DNA from: Methylibium sp.
GTDB lineage: Bacteria; Pseudomonadota; Gammaproteobacteria; Burkholderiales; Burkholderiaceae_C
Reading direction: 5' to 3'
DNA length: 64,000 nucleotides
NCBI GenBank assembly: GCA_031414975.1
Contig: JANOQS010000123.1
Coordinates: 1,155-65,154, forward strand
Shown here: positions 37,506 to 46,444 of the stretch, piece by piece
Position numbering within the stretch: the first letter of the stretch is position 1
Layout of the letters: the number at the start of each line of letters is the position of its first letter
Notes under the pieces: generated by a model
Databases searched by the model: none
What the model saw: only the letters and a program-made list of their open reading frames with translations
What the model was told of the DNA's origin: nothing
Translations under genes and position numbers: made by a program

Positions 37506-38747
37506 ATGTCGACAAACGAGGGTCTCATGAGCGAAAAGCGCCGAACGTTCATCAAGGGCACGGCCGCGGTGGCGGTCACGGCGGGGGTGAACCCGGGCGC
37601 GTGGGCGGCCGGCTCGGACGCACCGGAGAAGAAGGAAGTGCGCATCGGCTTCATCCCGCTGACCGACTGCGCGTCGGTGGTGATGGCCTCGGTGATGAAG
37701 TTCGACGAGAAGTACGGCATCAAGATCATCCCGACCAAGGAAGCCTCGTGGGCCGGCGTGCGCGACAAGCTCGTCAACGGCGAGCTCGACATGGCGCACG
37801 TGCTGTACGGGCTGGTGTACGGCGTGCACCTGGGCATCGGCGGCCCGAAGAAGGACATGGCCGTGCTGATGACCTTGAACCACAACGGCCAGGCGATCAC
37901 CTTGTCGAAGAAGCTGGCCGACAAGGGCGCGGTGGACGGCCCGTCGCTGGCCGCGCTGATGGCCAAGGAGAAGGGTGAATACACCTTCGCGCAGACCTTC
38001 CCGACCGGCACCCACGCGATGTGGCTGTACTACTGGATGGCCTCGGTGGGCATCAACCCGATGAAGGACGCCAAGGTGATCACCGTGCCGCCACCGCAGA
38101 TGGTGGCCAACATGCGCGTGGGCAACATGGACGGCTACTGCGTCGGCGAGCCCTGGGGCCACCGCGCGATCATCGACGGCATCGGCGTCACCGGCATCAC
38201 CACCCAGGACATCTGGAAGGACCACCCCGAGAAGGTGCTGGGCGCCACCGGTGAGTTCGTCAAGAAGTATCCGAACACCGCACGCGCCGTGGTCATGGCG
38301 GTGCTGGAAGCCGGCCGCTGGATCGACGCCGGGCTGCAGAACAAGAACAAGATGGCCGAGACGATTGCCGAGAAGAGCTACGTCAACACCAGCGTCGACG
38401 CGATCAACCAGCGCATCCTGGGCCGTTACCAGAACGGCATGGGCAAGACCTGGGACGACCCGAACTACATGAAGTTCTTCAACGACGGCGCGGTGACCTA
38501 CCCGTACCTCAGCGACGGCATGTGGTTCCTGACCCAGCACAAGCGCTGGGGCCTGCTGAAGGACCACCCCGACTACCTGGCCGTGGCCAAGTCCATCAAC
38601 CAGACCGAGATCTACAAGCAGGCCGCTGCGCAGCTGAAGGTCAGCGTGCCCAAGAGCGACATGCGCAGCAGCAAGCTCGTGGACGGCGTGGTGTGGGACG
38701 GCAGCAACCCGGCCAAGTACGCCGACTCGTTCAAAGTCAAAGCCTGA
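37506..38747 (+). CDS. nrtA: Nitrate ABC transporter substrate-binding protein (NrtA/CmpA family), Tat signal
   Basis: GGAG RBS and RRTFIKG twin-arginine signal. The NrtA-like body includes GYCVGEPW. Confidence 0.9.
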   Translation: MSTNEGLMSEKRRTFIKGTAAVAVTAGVNPGAWAAGSDAPEKKEVRIGFIPLTDCASVVMASVMKFDEKYGIKIIPTKEASWAGVRDKLVNGELDMAHVLYGLVYGVHLGIGGPKKDMAVLMTLNHNGQAITLSKKLADKGAVDGPSLAALMAKEKGEYTFAQTFPTGTHAMWLYYWMASVGINPMKDAKVITVPPPQMVANMRVGNMDGYCVGEPWGHRAIIDGIGVTGITTQDIWKDHPEKVLGATGEFVKKYPNTARAVVMAVLEAGRWIDAGLQNKNKMAETIAEKSYVNTSVDAINQRILGRYQNGMGKTWDDPNYMKFFNDGAVTYPYLSDGMWFLTQHKRWGLLKDHPDYLAVAKSINQTEIYKQAAAQLKVSVPKSDMRSSKLVDGVVWDGSNPAKYADSFKVKA

Positions 38748-38779
38748 GCGCCTGAAACACAAAGGGAAGGGAGTCCATC

Positions 38780-39688
38780 ATGGTCAGTGCTGTTTTCCAT
38801 TCGCCGCTGGGGGGCACGTCAAGCCCGTCCGGCGCACCGGTCGGGGTGGCCAACCCGGTCGGCAAACCGGCGCCGTTGCCAGCCGCTACGGCACCTGCCG
38901 CGGCACGCATGCCGTTCGACTGGCGCGGGCTGTGGCTCAAGGTGCTGCCACCGGTCTTCGGCATGGCGCTGATGGTCGGCATCTGGGCGCTGTTCACGAT
39001 GAACAGCAGCACCTTCCCGACGCCAGCCGCCACTTTCGACGCGGCGGTGACGCTGTTCGCCGACCCGTTCTACAGCAAGGGGCCGAACGACCAGGGCATC
39101 GGCTGGAACATCCTGTTCTCGCTCGAGCGCGTGGCGGTGGGCTTCGGGCTGGCGGCGGCGGTGGGCATACCGATGGGTTTCATCATCGGCCGTTTCGAGT
39201 TCATGAACCGCATGTTCTCGCCGCTGATCAGCCTGCTCAAACCGGTCTCGCCGCTGGCCTGGCTGCCGATCGGGTTGTTGGTGTTCAAGGCCGCCAACCC
39301 GGCCGCGATCTGGACCATCTTCATCTGCTCGATCTGGCCGATGGTGGTCAACACCGCGGTCGGCGTGCAGCGCGTGCCGCAGGACTACCTGAACGTGGCG
39401 CGGGTGCTGAACCTGAGCGAGTGGAAGGTGATCACGCGCATCCTGTTCCCTGCCGTGCTGCCCTACATGCTGACGGGCGTGCGGCTGTCGGTGGGCACGG
39501 CCTGGCTGGTGATCGTGGCGGCCGAGATGCTGACCGGCGGCGTCGGCATCGGCTTCTGGGTCTGGGACGAGTGGAACAACCTGAACGTCAAGCACATCAT
39601 CATCGCGATCTTCGTGATCGGCATCGTGGGCCTGGCGCTGGAGTACCTGCTCATCACCTTGGCCAAGCGCTTCAGCTTCGCGGATTGA
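38780..39688 (+). CDS. nrtB: Nitrate ABC transporter permease
   Basis: Polytopic protein with an NrtB-like permease signature region. The start is uncertain; the N-terminal 40 aa are low-complexity. Confidence 0.85.
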   Translation: MVSAVFHSPLGGTSSPSGAPVGVANPVGKPAPLPAATAPAAARMPFDWRGLWLKVLPPVFGMALMVGIWALFTMNSSTFPTPAATFDAAVTLFADPFYSKGPNDQGIGWNILFSLERVAVGFGLAAAVGIPMGFIIGRFEFMNRMFSPLISLLKPVSPLAWLPIGLLVFKAANPAAIWTIFICSIWPMVVNTAVGVQRVPQDYLNVARVLNLSEWKVITRILFPAVLPYMLTGVRLSVGTAWLVIVAAEMLTGGVGIGFWVWDEWNNLNVKHIIIAIFVIGIVGLALEYLLITLAKRFSFAD

Positions 39689-39698
39689 GGGAGCTGTC

Positions 39699-40499
39699 AT
39701 GAACCACTTCATCCAGGTCGAAGGCGCCGAAATGGTGTTCAGCACCAAAAAGGGCAACTTCCACGCGCTGCGCGAGATCGACCTGACCGTCGACAAGGGC
39801 GAGTTCATCACCTTGATCGGCCATTCGGGCTGTGGCAAGTCCACCTTGCTGAACCTGATCGCGGGGCTGACCCAACCCACCAGCGGCGTGCTGCTGTGCG
39901 ACCAGCGCGAGATCGACGCGCCGGGCCCGGAGCGCGCGGTGGTGTTCCAGAACCACTCGCTGCTGCCGTGGCTGAGCTGCTTCGACAACGTGCACCTGGC
40001 GGTCGAGCGCGTGTTCGGCGAGCGCGAGACCAAGGCCCAGTTGAAGGCCCGCACCGAAGCCGCCCTCGAACTGGTGGGCATGGGCCACGCACTGCACAAG
40101 CGCCCGCACGAGATTTCGGGCGGCATGAAACAACGCGTGGGCATTGCGCGTGCGCTGGCAATGGAGCCCAAGGTGCTGCTGATGGACGAACCGTTCGGCG
40201 CGCTCGACGCACTGACCCGCGCGCGCCTGCAGGACGAGCTGCTGAAGATCGTCGCCCGCACCCAGAGCACGGTCGTGATGGTCACGCACGACGTGGACGA
40301 GGCGGTGTTGCTGTCGGACCGCGTCGTGATGATGACCAACGGCCCGGCCGCCACCATCGGCGAGATCCTGCGCGTGGACCTGCCGCGCCCGCGCAACCGT
40401 GTCGAACTGGCCGAAGACCGCCAGTACGTGCAATGCCGCAAGGAGGTGCTGGACTTTCTGTACACGCGGCAGGGGCATGTCGAGAAGGCGGTGGCGTGA
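39699..40499 (+). CDS. nrtD: Nitrate ABC transporter ATP-binding protein
   Basis: GHSGCGKST, ISGGMKQRVGIARAL and LLMDEP motifs. Confidence 0.9.
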   Translation: MNHFIQVEGAEMVFSTKKGNFHALREIDLTVDKGEFITLIGHSGCGKSTLLNLIAGLTQPTSGVLLCDQREIDAPGPERAVVFQNHSLLPWLSCFDNVHLAVERVFGERETKAQLKARTEAALELVGMGHALHKRPHEISGGMKQRVGIARALAMEPKVLLMDEPFGALDALTRARLQDELLKIVARTQSTVVMVTHDVDEAVLLSDRVVMMTNGPAATIGEILRVDLPRPRNRVELAEDRQYVQCRKEVLDFLYTRQGHVEKAVA

Positions 40500-41530
40500 T
40501 GAGCGACGTGGTGAGCGAGGTGGCTGCACCGGTCGCGGCGTTGAAGAAGACGTTCATCAAGGCCACCGAGTTCTGGGTGCCGAGCCGCGACCGCAGCTTT
40601 CTGGAGTACGGCGGTGGTTTGTACGGCACCGCCACGCGCTTCGGCGCGCTGAGCCGCACCTTGTGCTTCGCCCGCGGCGAGGGCCTGCCTGGCCAGGCCT
40701 GGGAGGCGGGCCACCCGATCGTGCTGCGCCAGTTCGTGGGTTCGTACTTCCAGCGCACCACGGCCGCGCATGCCGAGGGGCTGACCTGCGCGATCGCGAT
40801 GCCGATCTTCGCCGGCGACTTCCTGACCTCGGTGCTGGTGATCTTCTGCGGCGACAACGACGAAGGCCAGGCCGGCGCGATCGAGCTGTGGCACAACCAC
40901 CCGGCCAAGTCGAAAGACATGACGCTGGTCGACGGCCACTACGGCAACACCGGCGACGCGTTCGAGTTCATCTCGCGCCGCACCAGCTTCCGGCGCGGCC
41001 ATGGCCTGCCGGGCCTGTGCTGGGGCAGCGGCATGCCGGTGTTCCTGGAAGACCTGGGCAAGGCGAGCGGCTTCCTGCGCGGCGATTCGGCGGTGAAGGT
41101 GGGCATCAACCGCGGCTTTGCCGTGCCTTGCCCGGCCGGGCGCGGCGAGATGTACGTGCTGGCCTTCCTGTCGGCGCTGGCCACGCCGATCGCGCGGCGC
41201 GTGGAGGTGTGGGAGCGCCACGAAGCCGCCGAGCACGGCGCGGACGCCGACGCCTCGGCTGGCCCGCCCGGCCCGAACTTGCGCCGCGTCTCGGGCTTTT
41301 GCGAGACGCTCGGCTCTCTCGCGGCATCGACCCAGACGCTGTCGCTGGAGTTCGGCCAGGGCACCATCGGCCAGGTGCTGATGACCGGCGTGCCCGGCAT
41401 CAGCAACCACGCCGACTCGGAGCCGGTAGGCCTGGGGGCCGCCGCCAGGGAGGCCGGGCTGAAGTCGCTCGCGGCGATCCCGGTGATCCGCGACGGCCGC
41501 ACGGTCGCTTGCGTGGCGCTCTACTTTTGA
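40499..41530 (+). CDS. Orphan tandem GAF-domain protein
   Basis: The ATG overlaps the nrtD stop (TGATG). There are two GAF-like halves with repeated GEGLPGQAW / GHGLPGLCW motifs and no output domain. Confidence 0.7.
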   Translation: MSDVVSEVAAPVAALKKTFIKATEFWVPSRDRSFLEYGGGLYGTATRFGALSRTLCFARGEGLPGQAWEAGHPIVLRQFVGSYFQRTTAAHAEGLTCAIAMPIFAGDFLTSVLVIFCGDNDEGQAGAIELWHNHPAKSKDMTLVDGHYGNTGDAFEFISRRTSFRRGHGLPGLCWGSGMPVFLEDLGKASGFLRGDSAVKVGINRGFAVPCPAGRGEMYVLAFLSALATPIARRVEVWERHEAAEHGADADASAGPPGPNLRRVSGFCETLGSLAASTQTLSLEFGQGTIGQVLMTGVPGISNHADSEPVGLGAAAREAGLKSLAAIPVIRDGRTVACVALYF

Positions 41531-41581
41531 CGCCGGACCATGAACACCCGTGCGTGCAGGCCGGGTGCGGGGGCGGCGGCT

Positions 41582-42925
41582 TCAGCCCCCCATGATGACC
41601 TGCAGGCTGCGTTCGTACAGTTCGGTCAGGCGCTCGAACAAGGCCAGCAGGGAGTCGCTGCCGCGCGCCAGGGCCTGGCGTCCGCTCTTGCTGCGCGCGT
41701 CGCGCAGGGCCTGAAGCAAACGTTGCCATTCGGTGCGGGCGGTGGCCAGGGTCGCGCGAATCTCGGCCGAACTGAGCGGCGCGCGGTCCAGCAGGTCGAG
41801 CGCCTGGCCGAACTCCCGGGTGCAGAGTTCGACGCGTTCGCGTGCGGCGGCGTCGTCCAGCAGCGCATCGAGCAGCGCGTCCTTGGCCAGCCGCTGTACC
41901 AGCATGCGCTGGCGGCCCGACACGTTGACGATCTGAATGCCTTGCCGGCCGCTGGCGGTTTCGATCGCCGCGGTCAGGCCTTCGGCGCAGGCCAGCAGGG
42001 CCTCGGCCCGCGCGTCGGCGTCGCGCAGAGCGTCTGGCTTGGGCACGCCCGCGAGCAGGGCTTGCAGGCCGGCCCATGCGCTGGCGGTTTCGGCCAGCGC
42101 CGGCGCTATGGAGGGCAGCGCGGGCAACGCGGGCGTCGCCACCAACGCGGGCAGTGCCTGCAGGCGCTCCAGTGTGTCGCGCACCCGTTGCTGGGCTTCG
42201 TCCAGCAGCTCGCGCGAGCGGCGCGGCTCCACGCCCGCAGCGCACTGCGCCAGCAGCCGCACCATGCGTTGCGACAGCATGCGCAACTGGCCGGCCCGGT
42301 TCACCGCATCGGCCAGCTGCGCGGCTTCGATCACCGAGCGCGACACCTCGCCGACGCGCAGGTTGGTGTGCATCGACGCGCCGCGCAGCAGGCGGAAGGC
42401 GTCGTCCTCGCCGATCTGGCGCGCCGCCATCAGCACGCCCTTGGCGCGTTCGACCCACTTGCGCTCGTCCAGCCGCGCCAGCGCGTCGGCCAGCGCAGTG
42501 CGCGCGGCGGTCTCGCGCGTGAAGCGCGCGTGGGTCAGGCGCAGCTTGGCGGCCAGGCGGGTGGCGTGTGCCGTTGGCGTCGTGCCGTCGGCCGGCCATT
42601 GCCAACCGGCGGCCCAGCCGTGCACACCGGCCTCCAGGGCACGCTGCAGGGTCTCGGCGCAGCTGTCTTCGGTGATCACCAGCACCGGCAGCGGCGTGGC
42701 CGCCTGCAGTTCGGCCAGCGCGGCGAGCAGCGGATCGTCCACTGCCGGCAGCGCGCAGATGATCATTTCCGGTGCCAGCGCAGCCGCCTGGCGCACCAGT
42801 TGGGGGACGTCGCACCCGCCCAGTCGGTGGCAACCGAGCGCCTGCAGCGCGCCCTGCAGGGCCGCGACGGCGGCGGCTGCAGCGCCGCCAGCGCCCGGCG
42901 AAGTCACGAGGAGGAAGGAGTACAC
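41582..42925 (-). CDS. Pseudo-receiver / ANTAR / tandem NarX-type P-box (PilJ/NIT-like) nitrate-sensing regulator
   Basis: ANTAR WVERAKGVLMAARQIGEDDAFRLLRGASMHTN. This is followed by NRAGQLRMLSQRMV and NVSGRQRMLVQRLA sensor motifs. Confidence 0.8.
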   Translation of the reverse strand: MYSFLLVTSPGAGGAAAAAVAALQGALQALGCHRLGGCDVPQLVRQAAALAPEMIICALPAVDDPLLAALAELQAATPLPVLVITEDSCAETLQRALEAGVHGWAAGWQWPADGTTPTAHATRLAAKLRLTHARFTRETAARTALADALARLDERKWVERAKGVLMAARQIGEDDAFRLLRGASMHTNLRVGEVSRSVIEAAQLADAVNRAGQLRMLSQRMVRLLAQCAAGVEPRRSRELLDEAQQRVRDTLERLQALPALVATPALPALPSIAPALAETASAWAGLQALLAGVPKPDALRDADARAEALLACAEGLTAAIETASGRQGIQIVNVSGRQRMLVQRLAKDALLDALLDDAAARERVELCTREFGQALDLLDRAPLSSAEIRATLATARTEWQRLLQALRDARSKSGRQALARGSDSLLALFERLTELYERSLQVIMGG

Positions 42926-42992
42926 GAAAAGCGGCCGGAGCCGGGGCAGCGGGGGGTGCGCCCAAGTCTAGTGGAGGGTTTGTGCCGTGTGC

Positions 42993-43008
42993 GGGCACGA
43001 TGTTTGCA
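42993..43008 (+). promoter_or_regulatory. Sigma-54 promoter for narK
   Basis: GGGCACGATGTTTGCA against TGGCACG-N4-TTGCA. About 210 nt upstream of the ATG. Confidence 0.55.
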
Positions 43009-43217
43009 TGCCTTCCGCGGGCAGTGTGACGATGCACTGCTTCGGTATGGCGCCCGCAAGGGGCGCGTGGCAAACGCGGGTTCCCGTGCGCGCTGCTTTC
43101 GGCCGATCCGCACGCGTTGCGGAACCCACCTCAAGCCTTCGAATGCAAGCCTCGCGGCGCCGCCGTGCGTGCGCGTGTTCGGCGTATTCGTTTTGCCCAA
43201 CCCCTGAGCCCCGCAGC

Positions 43218-44495
43218 ATGTTCAGTTTCAAGACCTTCCTCAAAGCCGGACACGCGCCGACCTTGTTCGCGTCTTTCCTGTACTTCGATTTCTGCTTCGC
43301 AATCTGGGTGCTGAACGGCGCGATGGGCCCGTTCATCGGCGAGACCTATAACCTCACGCCGGCGCAAAAGGGCTTCATGGTGTCGGTGCCGATCCTGGCG
43401 GGTGCGCTGATGCGCTTTCCGCTCGGCGTGCTGGCGCAGTACATCGGGCGCAAGAACGCCGCGATGGTCGAGATGGCGCTGATCGTGCTGGCGCTGGCCT
43501 TCGGATACTTCTACGTCAACAGCTACGACAGCGTGTTGGCGATGGGCGTGCTGCTGGGCATTGCCGGCGCCAGCTTCGGCGTGGCGCTGAGCCTGGGCAG
43601 CGGCTGGTTCCCGGCGCGCTACAAAGGCCTGGCGATGGGCATTGCCGGGGCCGGCAATTCGGGCACCGTGCTGGCCGTGCTGTTTGCGCCGCCGCTGGCC
43701 ATGAAGTACGGCTGGCAGACGGTCTACGGCCTGGCCGCGTTCACCATGCTGCTGCCGATGGCGGTGATGTGGTTTGCCGCCAAGGAGCCGCCCGACCGCG
43801 AGCACCAGAGCCTGCGCGAGCACACTGCCTGCCTGTTCGAGAAAGACGGCTGGGCCTTCAGCCTGATCTACATCGTGACCTTCGGCGGCTTCATCGGCCT
43901 GGCGAGCTTCTTGCCGACCTATTTCTACGACCAGTTCAAGGTCACCAAGGTCGAGGCCGGCCAGCTCACCATGCTGGCCACCTTGATGGGCTCGGCGGTG
44001 CGCGTGGTCGGCGGCGCGATCAGCGACCGCATCGGCGGCATCAACACCTTGAGCGGCGTGCTCCTGGTGGTGGCGGCCACCTTGGTGCTGTGCGGGATGG
44101 CGGGCTCGTCGCTGGTGGTCACGACCTTGTTGTTCATGCTTTGTTTTGCCGCCTTGGGCGCCGGCAACGGTGCGCTGTTCCAGCTGGTGCCGCTGCGCTG
44201 GCCGATGACCACCGCGGTGGCCGGCTCGATGATCGGCGAGGTCGGCGCGCTCGGCGGCGGCTTTCTGCCCAACGCGATGGGGCAGAGCAAGCAGCTCGCC
44301 GGCACCTACCTGTGGGGCTTCGTTGCCTTTGCGGTGCTGACCGTGGCGATGCTGGCGATGCTGCGCGTGGTGCAGATCCGCTGGACCCGCACCTGGGCCG
44401 AAAAGGGCGGGCGCGCGCGGCCGGTGCGCGAAGAAGGATCGACCGGCGTGGACGAGTTGGTCGACCGCCATGCGGTGCGGCGCAGCCCGCGATGA
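43218..44495 (+). CDS. narK: MFS nitrate/nitrite transporter (NarK/NasA type)
   Basis: 12-TM MFS protein with the NNP signature-like GIAGAGNSG and GALGGGFLP. Confidence 0.9.
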   Translation: MFSFKTFLKAGHAPTLFASFLYFDFCFAIWVLNGAMGPFIGETYNLTPAQKGFMVSVPILAGALMRFPLGVLAQYIGRKNAAMVEMALIVLALAFGYFYVNSYDSVLAMGVLLGIAGASFGVALSLGSGWFPARYKGLAMGIAGAGNSGTVLAVLFAPPLAMKYGWQTVYGLAAFTMLLPMAVMWFAAKEPPDREHQSLREHTACLFEKDGWAFSLIYIVTFGGFIGLASFLPTYFYDQFKVTKVEAGQLTMLATLMGSAVRVVGGAISDRIGGINTLSGVLLVVAATLVLCGMAGSSLVVTTLLFMLCFAALGAGNGALFQLVPLRWPMTTAVAGSMIGEVGALGGGFLPNAMGQSKQLAGTYLWGFVAFAVLTVAMLAMLRVVQIRWTRTWAEKGGRARPVREEGSTGVDELVDRHAVRRSPR

Positions 44496-44530
44496 AGGCG
44501 CGTCCGATGATCAGGCGGCAAAGGGTCTTC

Positions 44531-46237
44531 TCAGCGCGGCAGGAACAACAACCACACCACCAGCAGCAAGTTGAACACCACCGAGATGACCAGCGCCAGC
44601 TTCCACAGCGCCGCCGGGTCACGTGCCAGCAAGGGCGTGGCGTGGCGCGCGTCGAGCGGGCGCGCAGCGCCGCGCTCCAGCGCCAGCAGCAGCTCCTCGG
44701 CAGTTTCGAAGCGCAGCCTGCGGTCGCGTTCCAGCGCCTTCAGCACCACGTGGTCGAGCCAGATCGGCACGTCGGGCCGCAGACGGCTCGGCGGCACCGG
44801 GTCGCGCTTGTAGCGCGCCACCTGGTAGGGCTCGATCTCGCCGTAGGGCAGCCGGCCGGTGAGCCACTGGTACAAGGTGACGCCAAGCGCGAACAGGTCG
44901 CTCATCGCATCGGCCGCGGCGGCGCCGGGTTCGTCGCTCCACTGCTCGGGGTTCATGTAGCTGGGCGTGCCGGCGTGCAGGCTGCGCGTGGCCTGCGGCT
45001 CCAGGCCCGACAGCGCCACCCCCAGGTCGAGGATGCGCCAGCGCCCGTCGTCGCCGCGGTGCAGGTTGGTGGGTTTGATGTCGCGGTGGATCACGCTCTG
45101 GCGGTGCAGCCGGCCGAGCGCCTGCGCGATCGCGATGGCGGCTTCGACGATCTCGTGCACCTCGAAGCGCCGGCCTTGCGCCATCGCCTGCTCCAGCGTC
45201 TGGCCGCTGTGCCAGTCGTAGACGAAGTAGAACGCGCTCGGCTCCTGCGGCTCGCGCACGCGCACGAAACCCTGGCCTTGCCGCTCGGTCACGCGCGCGC
45301 TGAGCCAGGCCTCGTGCGCCAGCATCGCGCCTTCCTCCGGGTCTTTGCCACGCGCCACGCTGAGCGTCTTCAGCGCCACCAGTTCGCGCGTGGCCACATC
45401 ACGCGCCTGCACCAGCCGGTGCACGCCGTTGTCGGCCACCAGCGCGGTGATGGTGTAGCCGTCCAGCACGTCGCCGACCTTCAGCCGCGGCGGCACGGGC
45501 AGTTGTTTGGCCAGCCGCTGCATGTCGTGCAACTGCGCGCTCGACAGCCCGCGCACCCGCACCACCAGCGCGCTGACGTTGTCGCGGCTGCCGGCGTCGA
45601 GCGCGGCCTTCACCAGCGCCGCGCTGGCCTCTTGCGCGCTGCCCTGCCGCGCCAGTTCGGCAAGCCGTTCGCGCGCCAAGGCCACGTGCACGCCATCACT
45701 GGTCAGCACGAAGGCGTCGCCGGCGTGCAGCTCGCCTTGCGCGTAATCGACGCGCACGCCGTCGTCCAGCCCGATCGCGCGGGTCAGGCCGCGGCTCAGG
45801 TCGGGGTGGTCGAGCGTGTGGTCCTGCGTCAACAACTGGCACTGGCCCTGGCGCAGCAGCCAGGCGCGCGTGTCGCCCACGTGCGCCACGGTCCACGAGT
45901 GGCCCTGCAGCGCCAGCGCGGTGAGGGTGGTCAGGGCCGAACCGGCCTTGTCGCCCTGGCGGCGCCGGTTGTGGTCGGCCAGCCAGGCGTTCTGCGCGCC
46001 GATCAGGCGGTCGAGCACGACGGTGGTCTCCCACGTTACCGGGGCAGCGCCGTAGTCAGTCACCAGGCTCATCACGGTGGTCTGCGCGGCTTCGAGGCCG
46101 CGCCCGCCGGCCGACACACCGTCGGCCACCGCGGCGATCAGGCCGCGCGTTGCATCGGTCGCGGCGGCGACGAAGTCTTCGTTGCGCTCGCGCTGCCCGC
46201 GCTCGCTGCTGTGGCCGATGTCGACATCAAAACTCAT
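44531..46237 (-). CDS. PP2C phosphatase - Ser/Thr protein kinase fusion with a C-terminal TM anchor
   Basis: N-terminal PP2C (RERNEDF, AVADGVS). Kinase motifs VALK, HRDIKPTNL, DLG and TPSYMNPE. C-terminal LALVISVVFNLLLVVWLLFL. Confidence 0.85.
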   Translation of the reverse strand: MSFDVDIGHSSERGQRERNEDFVAAATDATRGLIAAVADGVSAGGRGLEAAQTTVMSLVTDYGAAPVTWETTVVLDRLIGAQNAWLADHNRRRQGDKAGSALTTLTALALQGHSWTVAHVGDTRAWLLRQGQCQLLTQDHTLDHPDLSRGLTRAIGLDDGVRVDYAQGELHAGDAFVLTSDGVHVALARERLAELARQGSAQEASAALVKAALDAGSRDNVSALVVRVRGLSSAQLHDMQRLAKQLPVPPRLKVGDVLDGYTITALVADNGVHRLVQARDVATRELVALKTLSVARGKDPEEGAMLAHEAWLSARVTERQGQGFVRVREPQEPSAFYFVYDWHSGQTLEQAMAQGRRFEVHEIVEAAIAIAQALGRLHRQSVIHRDIKPTNLHRGDDGRWRILDLGVALSGLEPQATRSLHAGTPSYMNPEQWSDEPGAAAADAMSDLFALGVTLYQWLTGRLPYGEIEPYQVARYKRDPVPPSRLRPDVPIWLDHVVLKALERDRRLRFETAEELLLALERGAARPLDARHATPLLARDPAALWKLALVISVVFNLLLVVWLLFLPR

Positions 46238-46396
46238 GAGCGCCCCCAGGCGTCGTCAAAGGCCCGCCGCCGCCCCCCGAGGGGGTTGAGTCATCTCGGG
46301 AGCGGCCCGTCGTTGACTCATGAAGCGCCGCGCGGTTCGGGCCGCCGGGATGGCGCGCCGCAACGCCGCGGATTGTGCGTCACGCGTGCTGCGCAG

Positions 46397-46412
46397 TGGC
46401 ACGTCGCTTGCT
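46397..46412 (+). promoter_or_regulatory. Sigma-54 promoter for nirBD-nasA
   Basis: TGGCACGTCGCTTGCT matches TGGCACG-N4-TTGC exactly. It ends 33 nt before the nirB ATG. Confidence 0.65.
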
Positions 46413-46444
46413 CGTTGGTTCTGGAAGATTCGGAGATCTGACCC

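Noticed and set aside
43020-43217. ANTAR-type dual hairpin plus terminator in the narK leader
   Set aside because: Several GC hairpins exist (for example TCCGCA-CGCGT-TGCGGA), but their loops are penta- or octaloops. No stem is followed by a convincing U tract. I report only the promoter and the long leader.
46238-46396. Hairpin TGAGTCA...TGACTCA and GC palindromes upstream of nirB as an attenuator
   Set aside because: They lie upstream of the predicted sigma-54 promoter, so they are not in the transcript. They could be activator binding sites, but no NtrC-like TGCACC-N5-GGTGCA match was found.
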